Positions 28,901-38,894 of a stretch of DNA of 64,000 nucleotides are shown piece after piece. Position 1 is the stretch's first letter. Each line of letters starts with the position of its first letter. The DNA lies in contig CAXXKJ010000002.1 in the NCBI GenBank assembly GCA_963675295.2, forward strand, positions 1,888,001-1,952,000, read 5' to 3'. The notes beneath the pieces were generated by a model that saw nothing but the letters and a program-made list of their open reading frames with translations, was not told the origin of the DNA and searched no databases. The DNA is from a bacterium. GTDB taxonomy: Bacteria > Electryoneota > Electryoneia > Electryoneales > Electryoneaceae. The position numbers and the translations under genes are program-made.

Positions 28901-31713
28901 ACCAGCCGCAATCGTTCCAGCTGGTGCTGTTTGATCCGGGCCTGTGGCCGACTCATACCGGCAACGGCATGATCCAGTTCCAGTACGAGACGTTCTCGCA
29001 AGAAGCTGGCTACAGCTACGACAACGACTACTGCACCGTGGGTATCGAAAGCCCCGACCAGGCTGACGGTGTGCAATATCTGTACTGGACGAGCTACAGC
29101 GACAACGCGTCGCCTATTTCCAGTGGCACCGCGATCCTGTTCACCGACGACCTTTCCGGCGGCGGCACGTCCAACCCGGAAGCGGTGATTGGGCCGTCCA
29201 GCTTCAACGTTCCGTGGCAGGGCACACCGGTCACTGAACAGGTCAGCATTGAAAACCAGGGTGACGGGACGCTCGTCTGGAGCATCACGGAAGTCGGCAA
29301 TGAGTTCAGCGGTGCGGCACGCCGCCGTGAGCTGGGCTTGCCGGATGTTCCGCCGGTAACGAACCAGACACAGGAACTGGTTGACCTCAAGACCTATCGC
29401 CGTGACAAGGCGGCGGAATACCAGCGCGAACAGGAACACCATGATGTGTCTGAACTCGAGGGCACCGGCGGGCCGGTGATCGACGACTTCGGCGGTCCGG
29501 ACCTGTTTGGCTACTCGTGGATCGACTCGGATGAACCGGATGGTCCGGATTACGCGTGGCATGCGCAGTATGGCACCGCGGTGAGCCAATCGGAATTCAG
29601 CGATTACGATGACGGCTATTCCAACGCCAAGTCGCTCGGCTTCTCATTCGAGTACTACGGTGTGCAGTACAACAGTCTGTACATCAACACGAACGGTTTT
29701 GTCACCTTCCAGGGCGGCCAGTCCGGGTCGGGCACCTACAGCAACGAAGCGTTGCCGAGTACGGATGCGCCACGCGACGGTTCGCCGTGCACCATGCTCG
29801 CGGGCTTCTGGGACGATCTGAACCCGGAAGATGGCGGGACGATTTACTACTACACCAACAACAGCGACCTCGCGGTCATCACGTGGTACGACGTTCCAGG
29901 GTACGGTGGAAGCGGCCTGTACCGTTTCCAGATCATGTTGTACGCGGACGGCACAATCGTCTACCAGTACAACAACATGGGGACGCAGGACATTACCAGC
30001 GCCACCATCGGCATCCAGAATGCCAACGGTACCATCGGCCTGACCACGGTGAACAACTCGACATACGTCGGCAACAATCTCGCGGTCAAGTATTACACGG
30101 CGACCAAGTGGTTCGAGGCGCTTGACACGATGGGCCTGCTTGGCGAGGGTCAATCGACCACCGCGGACATCCAGTTTGATGGTTCCGACCTGCCGGACGG
30201 CGTCTACACTGGTTCGTTGATCGTAGCGACCAATGATGTCGACAATCCGTCGGTGGAAATTCCTGTCCAGATGTTCGTCGGGATCCAGCCGCCAGTGGTT
30301 GATGACATTCCGAACCAGAGCATCGACCCGGGCCAGAACTTCGCAACCATCAACCTCGACAACTACGTCGATGATCCGAACTATCCGGATAACCAGATTT
30401 CGTGGACGGCGACCGGTCAGTCGGAACTGACCGTCAGCATCGTCAACCGTGTCGCGACGATCACACCGCCAAGCCCGAGCTGGATTGGGTCGGAAACGGT
30501 CACCTTCACCGCGACGAACCCGCTGAACGCGTCCGACAGCGATGACGCGACGTTCACCGTCGGCGCCGGCTTCATCAGTGTCGACCTGACCGGCGGACGA
30601 TACGAGCTGGTCAGCTTCCCGGTGACGCCGCCGTCATTGGCGGTGGAAGACGTGTTCGACAGCATCAACAACCTGGTTGTTGTGTTCAACGATGACGGCG
30701 ATTACTACCAGCCGTCGGGCAGCAACACAATCGGCAATATTGATGTCAGCGAAGGTTACCGCGTCTTCACGAATACGACGCAGACCTTCACGTTCGACGG
30801 TTCGCCGCTGGATCTGAACACGGATTACACCGTGACCGGCAACCAGTGGAACTGGATCGGGCATCCGTTCGTCGAGGAAATGTCGATCACGACGGCCATG
30901 GGCGATATCACCAACCACATCAACATCGTGGTCGATGATGAAGGCGAGATCTACTGGCCGCAACTCGGCATCAACACCATCGGCAACCTGGTTCCGGGCA
31001 ACGGCTACCAGATGTGGACCGAGCAGACGACCACGTTCAACTACACCACCACGGTCGCGCCTCCGCGCGGTCTGGCGGCGGATCAGCAGCAGCTGATCAC
31101 CGAGCTTCCGGCGGGTCCGGTTGCGGTGGAACCGACCGGGACACCGTACCTGGTTCACGTTTCGCTGCACGAGAATCTGCGTGACAAGGATGTCGACGTG
31201 ATCGAGGTGCTGGACGGTTCGCAGGTGGTCGGGTCGGGACGAATCATCGCGGATCGTGACGAAGCGGTGATTGTGACGTGGCAGGGTGACGCTGACCGTG
31301 ATGTCGCCGGCTACACGGCGGGTTCGTCGTTGAAGCTGCGTGTGCTGGACGAATCGGGCGCGACGCTCGAGACGAAGAACGTTGGCGACAAGTCGTTCTT
31401 CGGTGACGGTTCGCACGCGGATGTCGTGGTTGCGTCGGCGGCGCTGCCGGAACACTTCGAGGTCAGTGCGGGGTATCCGAACCCGTTCAACCCGACGATC
31501 CAGGTGCCGTTCGCGCTGCCGGACGCCGGCAAGGTGACGTTCTCGGTGTACAACGTGCTCGGCCAGCAGGTGTTCGCGGAATCGAAGAAGCTGGACGCCG
31601 GCCGTCACACGTACCTGTACCGTCCGGGCAACGGCGTCGCCAGCGGCGTCTACTTCCTGCAGGTGCAGTACGGTGCTGAATTGAACCGTCAGAAGATCGT
31701 GCTGATGAAGTAA
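25906..31713 (+). CDS. Large C25 (gingipain-like) peptidase polyprotein with Ig-like and nidogen-like repeats and CTD
   Basis: Propeptide, WKREQGY, YVLLVGD, DHYYSQLEGND, IGRFS, ITCGTG, NLIGDP; two GPDxxGY repeats; GYPNPFN...KIVLMK. Confidence 0.9.
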   Translation: MIRRRRVAVGTLFLLLAVVTWSFALSPVEQTSVEWEGVRTDASGVQAQLRLQSFDIATDDLGEYIEIPGAFATDSPIPLATTMINVPNGVGIEASVTASDFVSTGIYAPELAGQMEHVIVGEPIVFRGIRLFPVSVSAARVADDGEIFIANVSELNVEYTGEDSRAEGSLEEIRLSAEVERYVRNLVLNIDEININVVAPVGRLLVVIENNATLLARMEPYVQWKREQGYKVVVDHPTSTTSYSAIYSLINSHYTNGDALPLDYVLLVGDHNGSVDMVAYNALTDHYYSQLEGNDILADLAIGRFSVQDGNIELGRVVNKLLAYERDVDMTDPSWLSNVVLTAGSGSGTSTIITNRSIKEMFSQNGVASDTLWWTMGGDIPQFIVDEVNDGAHFVNFRGYYGFAGWSASDLANMNNGTHLPVVITITCGTGDFATTTEEYTEGFFRAGSGYNDFWGGIASVGTATTSTHTRFNNIVDSGLFEAVTLRNIRSLGWALVNGKLRLYQAYVNTGDNSNIDDFSYWNNLIGDPALRVWVGIPDEIDVTHDASISYGQNYVDVTVHHPGEWPELIWATLADDEQVIATHRIDESGVVRLSFDPADVSSSMTLTVVGDNVVPYQADIPVNNVAQYVYVASHIVNDGAGDDDLANPGETVYLTLTMRNGGTQTVGSQTATVTTDSPYLSVVGGNTFNVPSLTSGAQTTIANAVQVAVDPFTPDGALPELTVTLGANQTSDVRLDIAGFTTSVGVNELSYGGNGQLDPNETTTLVYPFTNVGSTTASGLTGTLTTANEHVTIVDGTANYPSASPGSTVSNSSDPFSVTISSDAWMGEPILFTLTITDDDGGMDSTVYRAWVGDPANNGLTGPDEYGYWAVDNMDGGFGSIPIYSWTDIGITANRLNINDTANEDDDAQVVNLPFGFVYYGEVFNQLTVTSNGNAAFGAYPTLYTFRNWNIPNPLGPPAMLSPNWDDQLTSGGGVYAYHDISAGRFIVQWDVVARYTNQPQSFQLVLFDPGLWPTHTGNGMIQFQYETFSQEAGYSYDNDYCTVGIESPDQADGVQYLYWTSYSDNASPISSGTAILFTDDLSGGGTSNPEAVIGPSSFNVPWQGTPVTEQVSIENQGDGTLVWSITEVGNEFSGAARRRELGLPDVPPVTNQTQELVDLKTYRRDKAAEYQREQEHHDVSELEGTGGPVIDDFGGPDLFGYSWIDSDEPDGPDYAWHAQYGTAVSQSEFSDYDDGYSNAKSLGFSFEYYGVQYNSLYINTNGFVTFQGGQSGSGTYSNEALPSTDAPRDGSPCTMLAGFWDDLNPEDGGTIYYYTNNSDLAVITWYDVPGYGGSGLYRFQIMLYADGTIVYQYNNMGTQDITSATIGIQNANGTIGLTTVNNSTYVGNNLAVKYYTATKWFEALDTMGLLGEGQSTTADIQFDGSDLPDGVYTGSLIVATNDVDNPSVEIPVQMFVGIQPPVVDDIPNQSIDPGQNFATINLDNYVDDPNYPDNQISWTATGQSELTVSIVNRVATITPPSPSWIGSETVTFTATNPLNASDSDDATFTVGAGFISVDLTGGRYELVSFPVTPPSLAVEDVFDSINNLVVVFNDDGDYYQPSGSNTIGNIDVSEGYRVFTNTTQTFTFDGSPLDLNTDYTVTGNQWNWIGHPFVEEMSITTAMGDITNHINIVVDDEGEIYWPQLGINTIGNLVPGNGYQMWTEQTTTFNYTTTVAPPRGLAADQQQLITELPAGPVAVEPTGTPYLVHVSLHENLRDKDVDVIEVLDGSQVVGSGRIIADRDEAVIVTWQGDADRDVAGYTAGSSLKLRVLDESGATLETKNVGDKSFFGDGSHADVVVASAALPEHFEVSAGYPNPFNPTIQVPFALPDAGKVTFSVYNVLGQQVFAESKKLDAGRHTYLYRPGNGVASGVYFLQVQYGAELNRQKIVLMK

Positions 31714-31799
31714 CAGGAAGCGTCAACCAATTGCCATCCTGAAACCATGTTGGAAGGATGGCGAGGGTTCTTGTAGTTGCAAATAGCTTTTGCGTTTCG

Positions 31800-31827
31800 A
31801 CGGGCAGGTTTCAAACCTGCCCGTTTT
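31800..31827 (+). terminator. Terminator/REP-like hairpin after C25 gene
   Basis: acgggcaggttt-c-aaacctgcccgt + T tract. Confidence 0.75.
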
Positions 31828-32132
31828 CTGTCGGTAGCACGGAAACCAGTAGCGTACGTTAATTGGCTCTAACTTCATGGAAATACAAATGTAATGGCAT
31901 AATTGTTGTTGAGTATGAAGTAGTCTATGATAAATACAAAAATTAAAAAAAAAGACTCAATATAAGGAATTTGTCTCTTTTAATTTAATTTAAATGCTGA
32001 TTATATGAACTTATGCTTGACAAGGTGTCGGTATGGATTCAACTTATATCCAAGCGTCGGGACGAGGAGAAATTCCGCGCGGCCTCTTCCGAAGGCGCAA
32101 GAACGGCTGTAAACTCATTATTGGGGGGTACC

Positions 32133-32537
32133 ATGAAAGCGAGACTTATTTTCGGACTGATCTTCACGCTGGTTCTTTGCATCCAGCTCGCGCCGGTGAC
32201 AGCAGATGCTCAGCTTTATGCCGGCTACATTGAGTTGTATTTCAATGATGCTAATGCGTCAGAACAGGCAAGTATCCCTGATTTGTCGAGCAATCAATAC
32301 TCGGAGATCTGGTTTAGTGCTTGCGATGTGAATAACTTGTATAGTGATTCTGATGTGCGCGCCATCATTTCAATGTCGACAAGTCGTCATTGGGATGTTG
32401 ATGCGCAGGATGAGTACGCAATTCCCGCTTACCACGAATATCCAACTTCTGGTGGTTATTACAGGTTGGAATGGTTGGGTTCGCCAACCTATGGTGTGGC
32501 GGTGTTTGACGTATGGATTAATATTTATCCATACTAA
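32133..32537 (+). CDS. Small secreted hypothetical protein (134 aa) in AT-richer segment
   Basis: ATG after GGGGG RBS, signal peptide MKARLIFGLIFTLVLCIQLAPVTADA, followed by a hairpin. Confidence 0.65.
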   Translation: MKARLIFGLIFTLVLCIQLAPVTADAQLYAGYIELYFNDANASEQASIPDLSSNQYSEIWFSACDVNNLYSDSDVRAIISMSTSRHWDVDAQDEYAIPAYHEYPTSGGYYRLEWLGSPTYGVAVFDVWINIYPY

Positions 32538-32545
32538 CCGGTAAC

Positions 32546-32579
32546 AAAAGGGTGATGCCTATTAAGGCATCACCCTTTT
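32546..32579. terminator. Perfect hairpin between small ORF and beta-propeller gene
   Basis: aaaagggtgatgcct-atta-aggcatcaccctttt. Confidence 0.7.
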
Positions 32580-32596
32580 CTAAGAGGTACTTGATC

Positions 32597-34972
32597 ATGA
32601 GAACGAATATCATTGCACTCGTTATCCTTTTGTTATCGTTGTCAGCGTACGCTGATTGGCAAGGCACATCACATGGTAATCATGCAGCTGAATTGATCGC
32701 TACAGATGAATCTGGAAATCGGATCATCCTCAGCTTACACAGAAGCGCAGGTGTGTGGCTGACTAACGACGGAGGCTTGACTTGGACACAGCTAAATGAT
32801 CGATTGACAGATGCACCAGTAATTAAGTCGGCTACATATGGTTCTGCTAAAACAATAGGGCCGATGGCGGACACCCTAATAATTGATATTTTTCCCTATA
32901 TAGATAGCATTCCATATCACAAAGAGTGTCATAGCTTTGACGGAGGTGAAACGTGGTCAAGTTACTCGGATATCGTCACTTCGGTTTGGCCAGATACACT
33001 CGATCTGATCACACTCGGCGGTGATCCAACCATGATTTACTCCGATCGTATTTATTATTCTCGCCAGCCAGGTTTTGGCATCAGTTATGACCATGGAGTC
33101 ACCTGGACAATAGTGGATGTGGATTCCTTTGAATGTGGAATACGTGGTGTTCTGTACAGCGAAACCGAGTCCGATACTATTTTCCTCTATGGAGCCTGGG
33201 GGCCGCTTACAATCGGCGGTCCGGTAGTCGGCGGCGTCAGTGCCAGCTATGATGGTGGCTACACGTGGCGAGAACTGACTCATATGCCGGGTCTGACAAC
33301 AGAAACAATGGGTACGGTAGAAGACCTGCAGTGGGGATATGGAAATAACTTGTACGCTATGACAGGTTGCTCTGCATCAGATCCATTTGAACCCGTGTTG
33401 CGATCTCAGGACCACGGCGAAACCTGGGAATGGATGGAAAGCCATGGTCTGCCGGAATCCATGAGATCCACGCGGTATCTCGCTGTGCCAGAAATTCCAG
33501 GCCGGATTCTGGCGGCTGAATCGGGTGAATATGGTGTCTGGATTTCTGATGATCATGGGCAGAACTGGAGTCGGCTGCTGAATGGTCTTCCAGAAACGCC
33601 ATTTGGTGTTTCGACTTTCTACCGAAATCCATATAGCGGGTATTTGTATGTGTGCTTCAAACATCACGGGATTTTTCAATCAATGGATCTTGGTGAATCC
33701 TGGCAACAAATTCCAATGCCACCTGTAGGGACAATGATTGAAGATCCTTACCGTGGAATCAATATTGAAGATGGTGGTGTGATGCATGGAGCTATGCAGG
33801 CACCTATATTCTATGCTTCGGTATCCAATGTTGACTTTCAATCTATCCCGTTGCTGGGAACGGACCCAAACAAAAGTTACCGATGTTATCCAATCTCTTA
33901 TCATCTGCAATCAATTCTTACTATGGTAGAAAGAGTTGATATTTATTCTTATGATCGGGAATATGCGATTATGAAGTCGCTAGATGATGGAGATAGCTGG
34001 GATTTCAATGATAATATTCCTGAATCTATTGTAGAAATCGTACACATAATAAATGATACATCACTTGTTCTGGCTGGTAAAACGAATGGCAGTCAACTAT
34101 ATTTATCAGAAGATTATGGCAGCAACTGGCAACTGATCCAAATTCCTGTGATAATATACTCATATAGACACTTACAGTCCGTTGATGATGTGCTTCTGGC
34201 CGAATGTACCTATCCAACTCAAGATATATATCTTTCTGAAGATATGGGATTGAATTGGGAGGCACTACATTTTCCTGAAATGAGCAATCTTACAGGTGCG
34301 ACTCCAGCTCCATTCAAAATACTCAATGATACTTTATTTGTTCGATATTACAGATATTTATGGGCGTATCCGTTAAACAGCGTTGTAGCAAGCTGGACAT
34401 TACGGAGTACATTGCCAGGAGTCATCCTCGCATCCTATGATATTGCATGGGATATTGTCGATGATGGCATAAATCGCATTTTTATTTCCGGTCATACAAA
34501 ATCCCATGATCTTCTCGTATCCTATGACTATGGATACACGTGGGAAGAACAGGAAATAGAAATGCCACCGGACCGTCAGGGGGAGGTGGCGATAGACATT
34601 GCCTATGACAAATGGCGCGACCGTTTGTGGATCGACACCGGCGTCGGGCTGGCCTATCTCGACAATCCAACCACCCACGTCGGCGAAGATGTCTGGCGTT
34701 TCCAACCAGCGACCTACGCGACGATGAACGCCTATCCAAACCCGTTCAACGCGAATACCACGGTTCAGTATACGTTGACACGCCCCGGCAACGTGAGATT
34801 GGACGTGTTTGACCTGTTGGGCCGGCGTGTTGCGACGCTGGTTGATGGGATGACCTTGCCCGGCGGTCACAGCGTCTCGTTTGACGCCAGCGAGCTGTCG
34901 TCGGGATCGTATTTCCTCCGTCTCAACACCCCAGACCAGACCCTTCACCGGCGCATCACGCTGGTCAAATAG
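32597..34972 (+). CDS. BNR/Asp-box repeat beta-propeller secreted protein with CTD (lacks shared module)
   Basis: About 11 SxDxGxTW Asp-boxes, signal peptide MRTNII, AYPNPFN...RITLVK. Confidence 0.85.
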   Translation: MRTNIIALVILLLSLSAYADWQGTSHGNHAAELIATDESGNRIILSLHRSAGVWLTNDGGLTWTQLNDRLTDAPVIKSATYGSAKTIGPMADTLIIDIFPYIDSIPYHKECHSFDGGETWSSYSDIVTSVWPDTLDLITLGGDPTMIYSDRIYYSRQPGFGISYDHGVTWTIVDVDSFECGIRGVLYSETESDTIFLYGAWGPLTIGGPVVGGVSASYDGGYTWRELTHMPGLTTETMGTVEDLQWGYGNNLYAMTGCSASDPFEPVLRSQDHGETWEWMESHGLPESMRSTRYLAVPEIPGRILAAESGEYGVWISDDHGQNWSRLLNGLPETPFGVSTFYRNPYSGYLYVCFKHHGIFQSMDLGESWQQIPMPPVGTMIEDPYRGINIEDGGVMHGAMQAPIFYASVSNVDFQSIPLLGTDPNKSYRCYPISYHLQSILTMVERVDIYSYDREYAIMKSLDDGDSWDFNDNIPESIVEIVHIINDTSLVLAGKTNGSQLYLSEDYGSNWQLIQIPVIIYSYRHLQSVDDVLLAECTYPTQDIYLSEDMGLNWEALHFPEMSNLTGATPAPFKILNDTLFVRYYRYLWAYPLNSVVASWTLRSTLPGVILASYDIAWDIVDDGINRIFISGHTKSHDLLVSYDYGYTWEEQEIEMPPDRQGEVAIDIAYDKWRDRLWIDTGVGLAYLDNPTTHVGEDVWRFQPATYATMNAYPNPFNANTTVQYTLTRPGNVRLDVFDLLGRRVATLVDGMTLPGGHSVSFDASELSSGSYFLRLNTPDQTLHRRITLVK

Positions 34973-35038
34973 CCCACGTCGCATGTGGCCGGTCCCTGCG
35001 AACGCCAACGTCGGTACCATGGGGCAGATCAGTTTCTT

Positions 35039-35108
35039 GTCTCAAATCTCAAGTCTCATATCTGGTAGTTGGGATCTCGCATCTCGGATCTCAAATCTCC
35101 GCTCTCCT
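35039..35108 (+). repeat. Degenerate heptamer tandem array (RTCTCNN)
   Basis: gtctcaa atctcaa gtctcat atctggt agttggg atctcgc atctcgg atctcaa atctccg ctctcct, all in 7-nt phase. Confidence 0.75.
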
Positions 35109-35141
35109 CTCCGGGCACATCCGTTCACTATGTTAGCCCCC

Positions 35142-37052
35142 ATGCCGCACGACCCATCCGACAAGACGACACCGCCCTCCGGCGACATGACGAGCGACCA
35201 GAACGCGCCGCCCGCCGAGCCGACGCTCTCGCTCGAGGAAAAGCTCGAGCTGTTGCCGACCGAGCCCGGTGTCTACCAGTTCAAGGACAAGTCGGGCAAG
35301 ATCATCTACATCGGCAAGGCGAAGGTGTTGCGCAACCGTGTCCGCAGCTACTTCACCAAGGGCGACGACGGTCGCTGGCAGTACCGGGATCTGATCTCAC
35401 GCATCGCCGACCTCGAAATTATCGTCACCGCCAACGAGCTGGAAGCGTTGATCGTCGAGGCGAACCTGATTCGCCGCCACCGTCCCCGCTTCAACATGGA
35501 ACTGCGGGATACGGGATCGTACCCGTACCTCAAGGTGACGAAGGAACGTTTTCCGCGTGTGTTCCTCACCCGCAAACCGAAGCAGGACGGGTCGAAATAC
35601 TACGGGCCGCTGTCCAACGTCACCGAGATGAAGGACACGCTCCGCACGTTGCGCAAGGCGACCCGCATCCGCACTTGCAATCTGAAAATCACCCCGGCGG
35701 CGGTGAAGCAGAAGAAGCACAAGGTGTGCCTCGAATATCACATCGGGAACTGTGATGGGCCGTGCGAAGGTCGAGTCAGCGAGAGCGAATACGACGACGG
35801 CTTAAAGTTGCTCGTGAACGCTGTCCACGGGAAGCAGGCGCCGCTGATCGAGATGCTCGAAGCACGGATGCGTGAACTCGCGCAGAATCTGAAGTACGAG
35901 CAGGCGGCGAAGGTTCGGGACCAGATCCAGCGTACGAAGCAACTGACCATCCGTCAGACGGTGCTGACGCGTGATTTGATCGACCGGGACGCGTTCGCGT
36001 TGGCGCAGGAGGACGAGGACGGCGTCGTCGCGGTGCTACGCATGCGGGAAGGGAAGATCATCGGGCGGCATCACGTCAACCTCAGCCGGATGAAAGCGAC
36101 CGGACGCGCGGCAGTGTGGATGCGTGTGCTCAGCGACTATTACCTCGGCGAGGTGCACGAAGTCCCCAGCGAAATCCTCATCCCCGACCCGCTCGATGCC
36201 GAGGACGAAGAATTATTGCTCAGCTACCTCGAAGAGAAGCGCAGGCGGAAGGTGAAGCTGATTGTGCCGCAGCGTGGCGAAAAATTCCGGCAGGTGCATC
36301 TCGCCGAAACCAACGCCAAACTACTGCTCGGCGAACGGTTGCTGGCCAAAGCGAAGGCGGAACGCATCCCGCACAGCCTGGTGATGCTCGCCGACCATCT
36401 CAAACTGGACAACCCGCCGCTAAGCATCGAATGCTTCGACAACTCGAACCTGTTCGGGCAGCAGCCGGTGGCGGCGATGGTGCGCTTCGAGGACGGGCGT
36501 CCGGCGAAATCCGAGTACCGCCATTTCAAGATCAAGACCGTTGTCGGCGCTGACGACTTCAAGTCGATGGAAGAGGTGGTCGGACGGCGGTACCGGCGGC
36601 TGCTGCGTGAGGACCGGGCCAAGCTGCCCGACCTGGTGCTGATCGACGGCGGACGCGGGCAGGTCAACGCCGCGCGGCGGATTGTGGACGAACTCGGCCT
36701 GCGTGACCTGCCGGTGGTCGGATTGGCGAAACGGCTGGAGGAGATTGTCTTTCCGGGCACCGCCGAGCCGATCACGTTGCCGAAGACCAGCAGCGCGTTG
36801 AAACTGCTGATGCAGCTCCGCGACGAGGCCCACCGTTTCGCGATCACCTACCACCGCTCGCTGCGGAACAAGGCGTCAGTCTCGAGCACGCTGGAGGGAA
36901 TTCCCGGGATCGGTGAGACCAAGGCGAAGGCGTTGCTGCGGCATTTCGGGTCGCTGAAACGGCTGAAGGACGCCACCCCGCAGCAGATCGCCGAGGTGCC
37001 CGGATTCTCGGTCAAGGCGGGGGAGAAGCTGCTACAGCAGTTGGACGGATAG
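35142..37052 (+). CDS. uvrC: Excinuclease ABC subunit C (start uncertain: 35142 or 35187)
   Basis: GIY-YIG PGVYQF..IIYIGKAK, Cys cluster, UVR domain, IECFDNS, PDLVLIDGG, RDEAHRFA, HhH GIG. Confidence 0.97.
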   Translation: MPHDPSDKTTPPSGDMTSDQNAPPAEPTLSLEEKLELLPTEPGVYQFKDKSGKIIYIGKAKVLRNRVRSYFTKGDDGRWQYRDLISRIADLEIIVTANELEALIVEANLIRRHRPRFNMELRDTGSYPYLKVTKERFPRVFLTRKPKQDGSKYYGPLSNVTEMKDTLRTLRKATRIRTCNLKITPAAVKQKKHKVCLEYHIGNCDGPCEGRVSESEYDDGLKLLVNAVHGKQAPLIEMLEARMRELAQNLKYEQAAKVRDQIQRTKQLTIRQTVLTRDLIDRDAFALAQEDEDGVVAVLRMREGKIIGRHHVNLSRMKATGRAAVWMRVLSDYYLGEVHEVPSEILIPDPLDAEDEELLLSYLEEKRRRKVKLIVPQRGEKFRQVHLAETNAKLLLGERLLAKAKAERIPHSLVMLADHLKLDNPPLSIECFDNSNLFGQQPVAAMVRFEDGRPAKSEYRHFKIKTVVGADDFKSMEEVVGRRYRRLLREDRAKLPDLVLIDGGRGQVNAARRIVDELGLRDLPVVGLAKRLEEIVFPGTAEPITLPKTSSALKLLMQLRDEAHRFAITYHRSLRNKASVSSTLEGIPGIGETKAKALLRHFGSLKRLKDATPQQIAEVPGFSVKAGEKLLQQLDG

Positions 37053-37054
37053 GG

Positions 37055-37096
37055 CTGCGGACTGCGGGCTGCGGACTGCGGACTGCGGACTGCGGA
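37055..37096 (+). repeat. Heptamer tandem repeat (CTGCGGR)x6
   Basis: Six consecutive ctgcgga/ctgcggg units right after the uvrC stop. Confidence 0.9.
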
Positions 37097-37101
37097 CACC
37101 A

Positions 37102-37193
37102 GAACCGGGGACACTTTGTCCCTAAAGTGTCCCCGGTTCAAGCTGTCCCCGGTTCGTACACACACTTACCACGGACTTAAGTCCGTGGTAAGT
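37102..37193. repeat. Cluster of REP-like palindromes
   Basis: 16-bp inverted repeat gaaccggggacacttt/aaagtgtccccggttc, an extra tgtccccggttc half, and a perfect 30-bp palindrome acttaccacggacttaagtccgtggtaagt (37164-37193). Confidence 0.85.
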
Positions 37194-37308
37194 AGGCACT
37201 TGTTAGTCGCAACAGAAATTGAAATCGATCCTTGTTTCGCATGCATTCTCGAATCCCGGTGCCTACATTGAACCGAATACGTATCGTCTTCCACGTTGGG
37301 AGTATGAA

Positions 37309-38874
37309 ATGAAGGTTCACTATTGGCAACGAGTAGTCGGCTATTCTCTCCTTCTCGTTGTTCTTACCAACCTGTCTACACCTCTTCAAGCCTACCATTT
37401 GATCCTTTCTGCTGATGTAATGGATCATCAAACACGTGTGCTACTGGTCGACATGGACGATGACTACGATCTTGACGTGGTTCAATCGAGCGATCAAGGC
37501 ACCAATCGTCTGGCGTGGATCGAACAGATTGACCCATTCACCTGGGAACCGCACATCATCGCGACCGTGGACAGCGTCGACGGGATGGAGGTGTTTGGCG
37601 TTTCGGACCTGGATTCGGATGGTGATCAGGATTTGCTGGTTGTACGCGAAGTCGATGATGTTTGGGAGTATGCTTCGTACGAACAGCAGGCTGATACCTG
37701 GATTGCCCACTCGATCCATCCATCAGTAAGCGCCCGGGCACCCGCGCCTTATGTGATGTTCGACTATGACAGTGATGGGGATGACGACTTCGTGTTTGTC
37801 GACTACTCGAACGACCGAGATATTTACTATATGCGAAATGAAGGATCTCACGTATGGACACCGATCTTCGTCCAATCCAATGATTTGGGCCTCTACGAAA
37901 ATAGTGAAGATATCTGGCATTGTCTCCCCGGTGATTATGATGGTGACGGTCTGATTGACCTTGTGATTGCAACCGGGAATGGATCAAGTGTTTCCTGGTA
38001 TGGATGTGGCATTCATCTTAGATATCATGATGGTAGTATTGTTACAGTATACCAGGATACTGGAGCTGATGACTATTGCACTGCAAAAGAGGTATTAGAC
38101 TTTAACAATGATGGTTTATTAGATATTTTGTTTGAGGAAAGACAGAATATCTTGGATTATACACATTTGGCTACGCAAACTACTTCTGGAAACTTTACAA
38201 CGAATGTGTTGTGTGGTTTAGGTACAGATGTTCCGTTCTGGCGCGAATACGCAACCTTGGACTATAATTGTGACGGGCATTTGGATTTTTTTATAGATGA
38301 TATTGATCATCCAGATTACATCCATGGCGTACTCTATTATAATCAGGATCTTACTTTTCACTATGAAGTTGTTGGTATTCCAGTTGAAGAAGTTATATCA
38401 ATTGGCGATATTGATGGTGATGGTGCACCTGATTTTACCCATTCATACGGAGGACTAAGTTGGCAGGAGAACCTTATTGAAGTCGGGTATGCCAGCCTCG
38501 AACTTATACCGGTTTCTGGATCTATTGCTCCCGGTGGAACGGTTCTTTACGGTGCAACGATCTTCCACGCAGCACCAACACCCGTCACAGCCAACATTTC
38601 CGCTCGTGCACGAGGGCAACAGGGTGGCCAGCTACCGCTATTTAATGCCTCGATTCCGCTGATCCCCAGTCAGTCGATTGATTACAACGGTCTCACGTTG
38701 GATGTGCCAGCGTGGACCCAACCCGGCCAGTACCTCGTGACCATCAAACTGCACTACCAGGACACAACGGTAGCGGGTGGACAGATGGTGGTGACGGTAA
38801 CCGGCGAACCGTCTGAATCGCGGCCAGACGACTGGCGGGAGGATATGGCTACAGGTGCCCACGGTTGGGAGTAA
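37309..38874 (+). CDS. Secreted FG-GAP repeat protein with degenerate shared module, no CTD
   Basis: DxDxDGDxD repeats, signal-like N-terminus, LELIP..IAPGG..VPAWTQPGQY module, ends RPDDWREDMATGAHGWE. Confidence 0.75.
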   Translation: MKVHYWQRVVGYSLLLVVLTNLSTPLQAYHLILSADVMDHQTRVLLVDMDDDYDLDVVQSSDQGTNRLAWIEQIDPFTWEPHIIATVDSVDGMEVFGVSDLDSDGDQDLLVVREVDDVWEYASYEQQADTWIAHSIHPSVSARAPAPYVMFDYDSDGDDDFVFVDYSNDRDIYYMRNEGSHVWTPIFVQSNDLGLYENSEDIWHCLPGDYDGDGLIDLVIATGNGSSVSWYGCGIHLRYHDGSIVTVYQDTGADDYCTAKEVLDFNNDGLLDILFEERQNILDYTHLATQTTSGNFTTNVLCGLGTDVPFWREYATLDYNCDGHLDFFIDDIDHPDYIHGVLYYNQDLTFHYEVVGIPVEEVISIGDIDGDGAPDFTHSYGGLSWQENLIEVGYASLELIPVSGSIAPGGTVLYGATIFHAAPTPVTANISARARGQQGGQLPLFNASIPLIPSQSIDYNGLTLDVPAWTQPGQYLVTIKLHYQDTTVAGGQMVVTVTGEPSESRPDDWREDMATGAHGWE

Positions 38875-38894
38875 ACCGCATCCCGCAGCCCACT

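Noticed and set aside
34881-35141. N-terminal extension of UvrC given by the ORF track
   Set aside because: Overlaps the upstream gene and translates the heptamer array; homology begins later. Similar over-long starts were trimmed for sixA, npdG, SLC13, arcE and others.
37055-37193. Possible CRISPR array or integron attC site
   Set aside because: Repeats are 7-mers or single palindromes with no repeat-spacer periodicity; no cas or integrase gene in the window.
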